Source: an uncultured bacterium (GTDB lineage: Bacteria > Schekmanbacteria > GWA2-38-11 > J061). From it: DNA of 12,522 nt. The notes below the pieces were generated by a model that was not told the DNA's origin, ran no database searches, and saw only the letters and a program-made list of their open reading frames with translations. The DNA lies in NCBI GenBank assembly GCA_964549305.1, contig CAZJVM010000072.1, positions 1-12,522 of the forward strand, in the 5' to 3' direction. This document shows positions 1 to 6,875 of the stretch, in pieces (position 1 is the stretch's first letter; the number at the start of each line of letters is the position of its first letter). The position numbers and the translations under genes were made by a program.

Positions 1-18
1 CCAAACAGAAAGAAAACA

Positions 19-819
19 CTAATTCATACTGCCTCTTCGATATCCTTCGAGGTCGAGGGCGACATATTTGAAACCGAGGGATTTGAGTTTCTCCACGACG
101 GATTTCCGGAGATTATCATCTAAAAATCGTTTTAGGGCGTCCTCTTCAAGCTCGATTCGTGCCGTTTCTCCGTGATGCCTTACGCGAAGCTGATTGAAAC
201 CGAGTCCGCGCAGGAAACGTTCCGCTTCATCGATTACGGTCAGTTTTTCTCTCGTTATATCCGTACCGTATGGAAAACGCGATGAAAGGCACGCCATTTC
301 GGGCTTATCCCACGTCTCAAGTCCGAGTTTTTTTGAAAGATAACGGATATCTTCCTTGTTCATTTTCGCCTCGCACAAGGGACTTACGATTCCAAGCTCT
401 TTTGCCGCCTTCATTCCCGGTCTGTGGTCGTTTTTTATATCATTGTAGTTCGTGCCGTCTGCCACAAAGTCAATTCCTTCCTTTTCGGCAATATTTTTGA
501 GAAGGGAAAAAAGTTCATATTTACAGTAATAACAGCGGTCAGGCGGATTATCCCTGAATTGAGGTATATCGACCTCGCTCGATTCCACGGAAAGATGCCT
601 TACGCCCATCTCCTTTGCGATTTTTTCAGCAAGCTCGAATTCCTCTTTTACATATGTTTCCGAAAGAGCGGATACGGCAAGCACATTATCACCCAAAACA
701 TCCTTTGCCGTCCTGAGCAGAAATGTGCTGTCAACTCCCCCCGAATAGGCAACGAGGAGACTGCCGTAACGGGAGATGATTTTTTTTAATTCGCTGAATT
801 TTTCATCTGCCATATTCAT
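19..819 (-). CDS. larE: ATP-dependent sulfur transferase LarE family (PP-loop superfamily), CxxC...C type
   Basis: 266-aa ORF with PP-loop VAYSGGVDS, RCYYCK, DGTN...DHRPG, WDKPEMACLSSRFPYG, RVRHHG and the C-terminal LDLEGYRRGSMN, all characteristic of LarE. The start may be ATG 819 or ATG 813; no clear SD. Confidence 0.9.
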   Translation of the reverse strand: MNMADEKFSELKKIISRYGSLLVAYSGGVDSTFLLRTAKDVLGDNVLAVSALSETYVKEEFELAEKIAKEMGVRHLSVESSEVDIPQFRDNPPDRCYYCKYELFSLLKNIAEKEGIDFVADGTNYNDIKNDHRPGMKAAKELGIVSPLCEAKMNKEDIRYLSKKLGLETWDKPEMACLSSRFPYGTDITREKLTVIDEAERFLRGLGFNQLRVRHHGETARIELEEDALKRFLDDNLRKSVVEKLKSLGFKYVALDLEGYRRGSMN

Positions 820-880
820 TTGTTTATATGCTTCAGGTTAAAGCTTCTTTCACATTACGACCTTAAGAATATTTCATTTT

Positions 881-2017
881 TTATTTTACAAGCTCGAAAG
901 CGAAAACAATTTCCAGTCCCTTTTTCCGGAGTTTGGGAATCTTAATCTTCAGCGCGGCAAGTGTTTCTATGTCGGGATGCCCTATAACTATGGCATTGCC
1001 TTTTTTCGCGGCAATCTCCGCGGCATCGGAAAGTTTTTTGGAAATAAGCGGGATTTCCCTTTTAGTATCTATAAACAAATCGTTCCTGCCCGCCTTCACT
1101 CCTGCTTTTCTTGCAATTTCATAGGCGCGCGAATCCGAGTTTGTCCTGCTGTCAACGAAAAACAATTTTCTTGCCTTCAACTCCTTCATTACAATATTTA
1201 GTCCTCTGATATTCGTCGTAAATTTTGACCCCATATGATTGTTTATTCCCTTCACGCCTTTTACGGAATTTATATTTTTTCTCAGCGTTTTCAATATCTC
1301 ATCATCGCCCATAGATGCCTTTAAAACGCCTTCTCCGGGATTCATTTTTTCGTTTAGAGGTTCCATAGGACAGTGAAGCATAATCTCTTTATTGTTTTTC
1401 TTCGCGATTCGCGCGCACTCCGCCGTATTATCAAGTCCCGGCAGAATCGAAAGAGTTACGGGAAAATTGAGTGTGGCAAACTCAAGGGCGGTTTTCGGAT
1501 TTTCGCCGATGTCATCGATTATGACAGCAAGTTTCCCTACTGTTTTCTTCTCCTTCCCCCTTCCCCTGTCGAAAGTGAGGATTATCTCCTGCAGTGTGTA
1601 ACTGTCGTTGCCTAAGGATATCCTGTATCCTTCCTCATCATCGCCTGCCTGCGCATAAGGCGTTTCGGTATAAAGGACATTGTCTTCGTCCGATGCTTTT
1701 TTAAGCGCGTCGGCAATTCGCCTTGCCTCCTGTCTGCTGTACGCCCTGACAACCTTCTTTCTTACCGGCATTGTGCCCGGAAAGGTGCTTTCCTCCCTTG
1801 AATCTATCACTATGAGGGATGCTCCGAATTTCTCGAGTACGCGGTCAGTGACTGAATAAACCTTCTTTGCCGTATCAGTGGGAAAATATTTTTTCTGCAG
1901 AGGTTTTATGAGGAGATAACCGCCTGCAATAAGAAGTATGAGGATAATAAAAGCAGTGGTTCTTCGCCCCGTGGAGGACTTTCCCCCGCTTTTCCCCTTT
2001 TTCTTCTTTTTTGCCAA
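881..2017 (-). CDS. Divergent polysaccharide deacetylase family protein (YibQ-like), membrane-anchored
   Basis: Basic N-terminus followed by a hydrophobic helix (TAFIILILLIAGGYLLI). The C-terminal domain has AVIIDDIG, TLSILP, MLHCPMEP, GINNHMGSKFT, FFVDSRT, LFID and IVIGHP. Position downstream of envC-ctpA is the usual synteny. TTG start without SD, so the start is less certain. Confidence 0.9.
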   Translation of the reverse strand: MAKKKKKGKSGGKSSTGRRTTAFIILILLIAGGYLLIKPLQKKYFPTDTAKKVYSVTDRVLEKFGASLIVIDSREESTFPGTMPVRKKVVRAYSRQEARRIADALKKASDEDNVLYTETPYAQAGDDEEGYRISLGNDSYTLQEIILTFDRGRGKEKKTVGKLAVIIDDIGENPKTALEFATLNFPVTLSILPGLDNTAECARIAKKNNKEIMLHCPMEPLNEKMNPGEGVLKASMGDDEILKTLRKNINSVKGVKGINNHMGSKFTTNIRGLNIVMKELKARKLFFVDSRTNSDSRAYEIARKAGVKAGRNDLFIDTKREIPLISKKLSDAAEIAAKKGNAIVIGHPDIETLAALKIKIPKLRKKGLEIVFAFELVK

Positions 2018-2037
2018 TTATATTTTTTGCTTTAAAG

Positions 2038-2144
2038 TTAGCCGGCGCAAAGAGCATATCTGGTGTCTGCACGAATCATTCCAAACTTCTTTCGCGCCGA
2101 AAAGAATGAAGCAAACCGGACATACACACTCGCGCGCGAACTAA
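2038..2144 (-). repeat. Long imperfect inverted repeat; predicted rod-like RNA hairpin on the minus-strand transcript between ctpA and the deacetylase gene
   Basis: Six nested helices found by eye: 2038-2043/2139-2144, 2045-2051/2129-2135, 2054-2060/2119-2125, 2065-2070/2111-2116, 2076-2081/2104-2109 and 2089-2094/2098-2103. About 38 pairs, of which about 8 are G-U wobbles that form only on the minus strand. Confidence 0.6.
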
Positions 2145-3478
2145 TCTTTCGCTTGAACTATGTGTATTCCCTTAATCAGATCAACGGCACGCCTCAACTG
2201 ATAATCTCTGTCAGGCGAAATCTTCCTTCCCATAAATGAAAGAGACTTGTTGTCGTCAACTTCTCCCTGTGTCTCGCTTTTTTCATCTTTTTCCGTCTCG
2301 TCATTCTGCTCTTCCATTTTGTTTATTATATGTCTCTCGAGGTCTTCTTCTCTGGGAAGAGAAGAGAATTCTTTTTTGTCCTCCAGGTCTATCTGCTTCA
2401 CTTCTATGTCGGGAGTTATTCCTCTTTCCTGTATGAGGGTGCCCTTGGGGGTATAGTAAAGCGCCGTGGTAAGACGCATTGCTGAACCGTCTCTCAGAGG
2501 AATTACTGTCTGCACCGACCCCTTGCCGAATGTCCTTGTCCCCATAATTATCCCCATATCCCAGTCGTGAAGAGCGCCGGCTACAATTTCCGACGCGCTT
2601 GCCGTGCCGCTGTTAACGAGAACGACTATGGGCACATCTTCAATAAGGGGTTTAATTTTTGATTTAAAAGGAGGTATATTCTTTTTGTGATTTCTCTCTT
2701 CAGTATAGACTATTAGCTTGCCCTTTGGAAGAAATCTGTCGGCAACTTCCGAAGCCATATTGAGAAGTCCGCCCGGGTTATTCCTGAGGTCAATCACAAG
2801 TCCGTCCACATTCTCATCCTTCAGCTTGTTTAGCGCTTTATCCAACTCGCCCGCCGTGTCTTCCTGAAACTGGCTTATCCTTACATAACCCACATTATCA
2901 AAAACGGTTTCCTTAACGCTCTTGATAACGATTATATCCCTGATTAGCTCAAACGTGAGACGCTCCATTTCCCCGTCTCTTATAATCATCAACACTACTT
3001 TAGTGCCTTTTTGTCCGCGCATAAGGGAAACCGCCTCATTCAGCGTCATTCCGCGCGTGCTTTTACCGTCGATGGCAACAATCTTGTCGAGCTCTTTTAT
3101 TCCTGCTTTTGCCGCGGGCGTATCGTCGAGGGGAGATATCACCGTAAGCTGTCCGTTTAGTATGGATATCTGAATTCCTATACCGCCGAATTTCCCCTTA
3201 GTTTCAATCTGCATCTCCTTGAACATTTCAGGTGACATAAAGCTGGAGTGGGGGTCAAGGGATTGGAGCATACCTGTTATAGCGCTATATACGAGGTCTT
3301 TGGTGGAAATCTTCTCTTCGTTTACATAGTTATCTCTAATAAGGGAAAATGCCTGTGAAAAAATAGACAATTTATCATATACGCTGTCGCTTCTCCCGAA
3401 TACCGACGAAGCGACAAAGATAGTCGATGTGACAATAAGTGCTATAACGATACCGCTCGTCAAAGTTTTTTTAAGCAT
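2141..3478 (-). CDS. ctpA: Carboxyl-terminal processing protease, S41A family (CtpA-like) with PDZ domain
   Basis: N-terminal hydrophobic signal/anchor, LDPHS, PDZ region (FGGIGI...SPLDDTPAAKAGI), GYVRI, DLRNNPGG, catalytic Ser motif TASASEIVAGAL and Lys motif TFGKGSVQ. The SD AAGGAG lies 6 nt from ATG 3478 and only 3 nt from ATG 3481, so 3478 is preferred. Confidence 0.93.
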   Translation of the reverse strand: MLKKTLTSGIVIALIVTSTIFVASSVFGRSDSVYDKLSIFSQAFSLIRDNYVNEEKISTKDLVYSAITGMLQSLDPHSSFMSPEMFKEMQIETKGKFGGIGIQISILNGQLTVISPLDDTPAAKAGIKELDKIVAIDGKSTRGMTLNEAVSLMRGQKGTKVVLMIIRDGEMERLTFELIRDIIVIKSVKETVFDNVGYVRISQFQEDTAGELDKALNKLKDENVDGLVIDLRNNPGGLLNMASEVADRFLPKGKLIVYTEERNHKKNIPPFKSKIKPLIEDVPIVVLVNSGTASASEIVAGALHDWDMGIIMGTRTFGKGSVQTVIPLRDGSAMRLTTALYYTPKGTLIQERGITPDIEVKQIDLEDKKEFSSLPREEDLERHIINKMEEQNDETEKDEKSETQGEVDDNKSLSFMGRKISPDRDYQLRRAVDLIKGIHIVQAKD

Positions 3479-3503
3479 CATCTTCTCCTTAAATCATCCT
3501 GAA

Positions 3504-4706
3504 TTATTTCGTAACCTTGATGTTTTTCAGCCAATCGATGGCTTCAAGGGGTTGTCCTCTTAAATTGATTTGAAAGTATAGTTTAGCGTTTCCGCTTCTG
3601 TCCAGATTTATTTTTCCCAACACCTTACCCGTATACACCTTTTGGCCCTTATTTACAAATGCCTTGCCGTCAAAACCATACACGGAGTAATATCCCGAAC
3701 CGTGGCTTACAACCACAAGGTTTTGAAAATCGAGATAGGGACCGGAAGAAATCACTTTACCTTCGTAGACGGATTGTACCGCCCTTGCCGATGACGAGCG
3801 CAAAGTGATTCCCTTACTTGCGCTGTTTCCCTTAACCGCCTTATCAGGCGCGCTTTCCTTCAGGGGCCACATAAGCATTCCCCTGTTATAGACAAAGTCG
3901 CCGTATTCCTTCCCAACACTTTCGTTTTCGCTTATTATTTCCGAGACAACGCCTTCCTCTTTATCCTGTGGCGCCTTCTTTTCTTCGGCGCCGGAAATTT
4001 TTGTCGTTTCAACTTCCGCCGGCTCATCTCTGAATTCCTTTTCAAGCAAAGCAATGCTTTCCCTGTATTCGGCGCTATCCTTTTTTATGAGCGACAATGT
4101 ATAGCTCATCTCGCTTCTCTTTTTCACCAATTCCCTCTCGGCGCTTCTTGCCTTGTTGTATGCCTCCTTTGCGCCTTCTATTGCTTCATCTAAACTAAGC
4201 TTGTCGTTACGAAGCGATTCTACCTTGCTTCGCAGTGCCTCCACTTTTTTCATTTCCTTGAGCGAAATTATCTTGATTGCGTTTAAAACCTCCGCTGTAG
4301 CGAGATAGTTTTTCGAAGAGTAGATAATCCTGATAGGAGATATTTTTTCCCTCATATAGACCATTCGAAGATAGTCGGAGATTTTTTTCTTTATCTCCGG
4401 CATATTTATTTCCTTTTCGGCAATCTGTTTTCTGAGTTTTTCCGCTTCCTTTCTCATGCGGATGAATTCACTGTTGTGCCTTATCTTCTCTTTTTTAATC
4501 TTTTTAATATCATCATTGATATTTCTAATCTTTCTTTCGATTTCGCTCTGCTTTTCAGATAAATTATTCAGCTTCACTTTTTCCAATTCGATTTTGCTTT
4601 CCAAACCGACTTTGCCAGTTTTATTCTCCGCGAACGAGCAATGAATTGAAAAAAACAGAAATGCCGCAATCAGAATCGTTGATATTTTTGCCTGCTTAAT
4701 TTTCAT
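3504..4706 (-). CDS. envC: Murein hydrolase activator EnvC-like protein (coiled coil plus degenerate M23/LytM domain)
   Basis: N-terminal signal/TM, long K/E-rich coiled coil, acidic linker, then an M23-like C-terminus (WPL...KGITL...GKVI...NLVVVSHGSGYYSVYG...VNKGQKV...LYFQI) lacking the HxxxD and HxH zinc ligands. Located between ftsX and ctpA. Confidence 0.8.
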   Translation of the reverse strand: MKIKQAKISTILIAAFLFFSIHCSFAENKTGKVGLESKIELEKVKLNNLSEKQSEIERKIRNINDDIKKIKKEKIRHNSEFIRMRKEAEKLRKQIAEKEINMPEIKKKISDYLRMVYMREKISPIRIIYSSKNYLATAEVLNAIKIISLKEMKKVEALRSKVESLRNDKLSLDEAIEGAKEAYNKARSAERELVKKRSEMSYTLSLIKKDSAEYRESIALLEKEFRDEPAEVETTKISGAEEKKAPQDKEEGVVSEIISENESVGKEYGDFVYNRGMLMWPLKESAPDKAVKGNSASKGITLRSSSARAVQSVYEGKVISSGPYLDFQNLVVVSHGSGYYSVYGFDGKAFVNKGQKVYTGKVLGKINLDRSGNAKLYFQINLRGQPLEAIDWLKNIKVTK

Positions 4707-4721
4707 AGATAACTTTCCGCA

Positions 4722-5630
4722 TTATCTTCTTAAAAATCTTGCAGTGGAAAGAGTGCTTCCTATTATTCCCAGAAAGATACCGCCTGCAATTATCGCTATT
4801 ATCAGAAAGGGATTGAGAAACCCGAATTTAAGCCCCGAGAAGATGAAGGAGAAAGCAGACTCAAGATTCGACCTCAGCACCTGAAAGACGAGATAAAGTC
4901 CGCCGATAGAGAAAAGCGCGCCGATAAATCCCTGCCATATACCTTCAAGAATGAAGGGTCCCTTTATAAAAAAATTCGTGGCGCCTATGAGCTTCATAAT
5001 CTCAATCTGCACCATTCTCGAGTGAATAGTTATCTTAATGGCGTTGTAAATAATGAGCACTACGCCAACACCTATGAGAAGTATGATTATCGCCGCCACA
5101 AGTTTTATGAAAGCGATAAAACTGTAAAAACGCTTTATCCACTCTCCCGTTATGTTAATGTTTTCCACTCCGTCAGAAACACCGAGACCTGAGATGAATG
5201 ATTCAAATTCCTTGAGCTTTATTGTGTCTATATTCTGTTTCAACCTAATCTGAAGAGACGCGGGAAAAGGATTTTCACCGATAAACTCGATTAACTTCTC
5301 GTATTGTGAATAATTCCTGTTGAATGAATCAAGGGCATCCACGGGGGATATGTATGTTACTTTCGATACCGCGGGACTTGAGTAGATTTTCTTTTCAAGC
5401 TTTTCGTATTGTTCGCTTCCGGGCGCAATATCGCCCTGGAGATAGATTGTAATATCGATATCCGAGCTTATCGTCTCAAGCACCCTGTCAAGATTTGAAA
5501 CGAAAAGCAGCATCACTCCGAAGATAAAGCAGGAAAAAAAGATTATGAGGACAACGGACATATGAAGATAGAAGTGTCTCCTGAAGTCCTTGAATGACTG
5601 CGATATAAAAAATCCGGCGCTGTTAAACAT
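4722..5630 (-). CDS. ftsX: Cell division ABC-type permease-like protein FtsX
   Basis: 302 aa with one TM, a large extracytoplasmic loop (NPFPAS) and three more TMs. Motif IYNAIKITIHSR..IEIMKLIGAT..FIKGPFILEG. Overlaps the ftsE stop by 8 nt; AGGAG SD upstream. Confidence 0.93.
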   Translation of the reverse strand: MFNSAGFFISQSFKDFRRHFYLHMSVVLIIFFSCFIFGVMLLFVSNLDRVLETISSDIDITIYLQGDIAPGSEQYEKLEKKIYSSPAVSKVTYISPVDALDSFNRNYSQYEKLIEFIGENPFPASLQIRLKQNIDTIKLKEFESFISGLGVSDGVENINITGEWIKRFYSFIAFIKLVAAIIILLIGVGVVLIIYNAIKITIHSRMVQIEIMKLIGATNFFIKGPFILEGIWQGFIGALFSIGGLYLVFQVLRSNLESAFSFIFSGLKFGFLNPFLIIAIIAGGIFLGIIGSTLSTARFLRR

Positions 5631-6303
5631 TGCCTTCGCTCCTTCCTTTATCGCTTGCTACTTTCCCGTCCTGAATGTGAATCGTCCTGTCGTTTCTCCG
5701 GCTTACGAGAGAAAGGTTGTGGGTCGCAAACAGAACGGTACTTCCCTTTGAATTAATCTTGTCGAATATTTCCACTATTTTCCCGGCATTGCCAGGATCG
5801 AGATTTCCCGTGGGTTCGTCTGCAAGCACAAGGGGAGGATTGTTCACAATTGCCCTCGCGATGCATATTCTCTGCTGTTCGCCTCCGGAGAGGTTTTCGG
5901 GAATATCACGGTATCTTTTTGAAAGGCCCACCATTTCGAGAACTTCAAAGACGCGCTCGTTGATTTCCTTCTTACCTTTTCCCATAATTCTCAGGGCAAA
6001 AGCCACATTGTCAAAAACATTGCTATCCTTGAGAAGTTTGTAATCCTGAAAAACTATGCCTATGTTTCGGCGAAGATAGGGTACGCTCTTCTTTGCAAGG
6101 CGTGAAACATTCCTTCCAAAAACGAGAATCTGTCCCTCTGATATTATTTCAGACACATAGAGAAGCTTTAAAAGAGTTGTCTTGCCCGCGCCGCTTGAAC
6201 CGGTAAGAAAGACAAATTCCCCTTTCTTTATCGTCACACTCACATCGCGAAGCGCCCATATGCCACCCTCATAAACTTTATTGACATTAAAGAGCTCAAT
6301 CAT
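5623..6303 (-). CDS. ftsE: Cell division ATP-binding protein FtsE
   Basis: Walker A GSSGAGKTT, FtsE-typical PYLRRNIGIVFQDYKLL, signature LSGGEQQR, Walker B/D-loop LADEPTGNLD and H-loop ATH. GGGGGAG SD upstream; directly precedes ftsX. Confidence 0.96.
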   Translation of the reverse strand: MIELFNVNKVYEGGIWALRDVSVTIKKGEFVFLTGSSGAGKTTLLKLLYVSEIISEGQILVFGRNVSRLAKKSVPYLRRNIGIVFQDYKLLKDSNVFDNVAFALRIMGKGKKEINERVFEVLEMVGLSKRYRDIPENLSGGEQQRICIARAIVNNPPLVLADEPTGNLDPGNAGKIVEIFDKINSKGSTVLFATHNLSLVSRRNDRTIHIQDGKVASDKGRSEGNV

Positions 6304-6345
6304 TTTACAATTCTCTCCCCCGTTTTTCCGAATTTCGCAGACTTC

Positions 6346-6374
6346 ATTATATAAAGATAACCTTTTCTTACCAA
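6346..6374 (-). promoter_or_regulatory. Putative sigma70-type promoter for the ftsE-ftsX-envC-ctpA operon
   Basis: On the minus strand, TTGGTA (6374-6369), a 17-nt spacer and a perfect TATAAT (6351-6346), about 42 nt upstream of the ftsE ATG. The AT-rich context raises the chance of a spurious match. Confidence 0.55.
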
Positions 6375-6450
6375 AGTAATTTTTAAAAGAAACATTTTTT
6401 TATAAGAAAAACAAACGAATTTATAGCAAATAATATGAATTAGGCGGATT

Positions 6451-6464
6451 TTATCATTTGATAA
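6451..6464. promoter_or_regulatory. Palindrome TTATCA-TT-TGATAA, candidate transcription-factor site in the divergent promoter region
   Basis: Perfect 6-2-6 inverted repeat seen directly. It overlaps a plus-strand TTGATA/GATAAT promoter-like hexamer upstream of the 6520 ORF. Function is inferred only. Confidence 0.3.
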
Positions 6465-6519
6465 TAGCCCTTTTTTATATTAATAAAGACTCAGGCAAAA
6501 AGGGAGAAATCAGATAGCT

Positions 6520-6867
6520 ATGTTATTTTCAAAAAAAAATTCACTGAGTTACAATTCTACAACTAAAAATTTTAAACTTAAAATAGAAGACAAGTTTAAA
6601 AAGGAAGATGCCTCTGAAAAGATGCACATCTGGCCTGAGGGTTATGAGAGATTTTCCGCACCGAAGAAAAAGGAAAAAAACTACTATATCGCGCCGCAGA
6701 AATTCAATTACAAGATTCTTTTCTTCTCGATAATAGTTGTCATTCTGATTTGGATTGTGGCATTGAGACCTTTAAAGAAGGAAAAGACTCAGGTTGTTCA
6801 AAAAGACGATTCCGTAAAGGTTTTGATACTTAAGGACGGCGACTGGCAAGATTTCAAAACGCCCTGA
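6520..6867 (+). CDS. Hypothetical small single-pass membrane protein
   Basis: 115-aa ORF filling the otherwise empty gap between ftsE and degP. One strong hydrophobic helix (aa 66-82, ILFFSIIVVILIWIVAL) with Lys-rich flanks. AGGGAG at 6501-6506 upstream. Ends 8 nt from the convergent degP stop. An alternative start is ATG 6622. Confidence 0.75.
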   Translation: MLFSKKNSLSYNSTTKNFKLKIEDKFKKEDASEKMHIWPEGYERFSAPKKKEKNYYIAPQKFNYKILFFSIIVVILIWIVALRPLKKEKTQVVQKDDSVKVLILKDGDWQDFKTP

Positions 6868-6875
6868 CGCTTCTT

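Noticed and set aside
1875..2072. 65-aa minus-strand ORF spanning the ctpA-deacetylase spacer (possible leader peptide)
   Set aside because: It overlaps the deacetylase CDS out of frame by ~140 nt, has no SD, and starts inside the predicted hairpin.
2038..2144. Assignment of the hairpin as SRP RNA, 6S RNA, tRNA or an intrinsic terminator
   Set aside because: It lacks the SRP helix-8 GGAA-loop motif and a cloverleaf, is too short for 6S, and has only three U's after the stem.
6531..6539. A9 run at the start of the orphan ORF as a phase-variation tract
   Set aside because: Runs of 7-8 A or T are frequent throughout this window in Lys-rich genes, the ORF is in frame, and there is no evidence of length variation.
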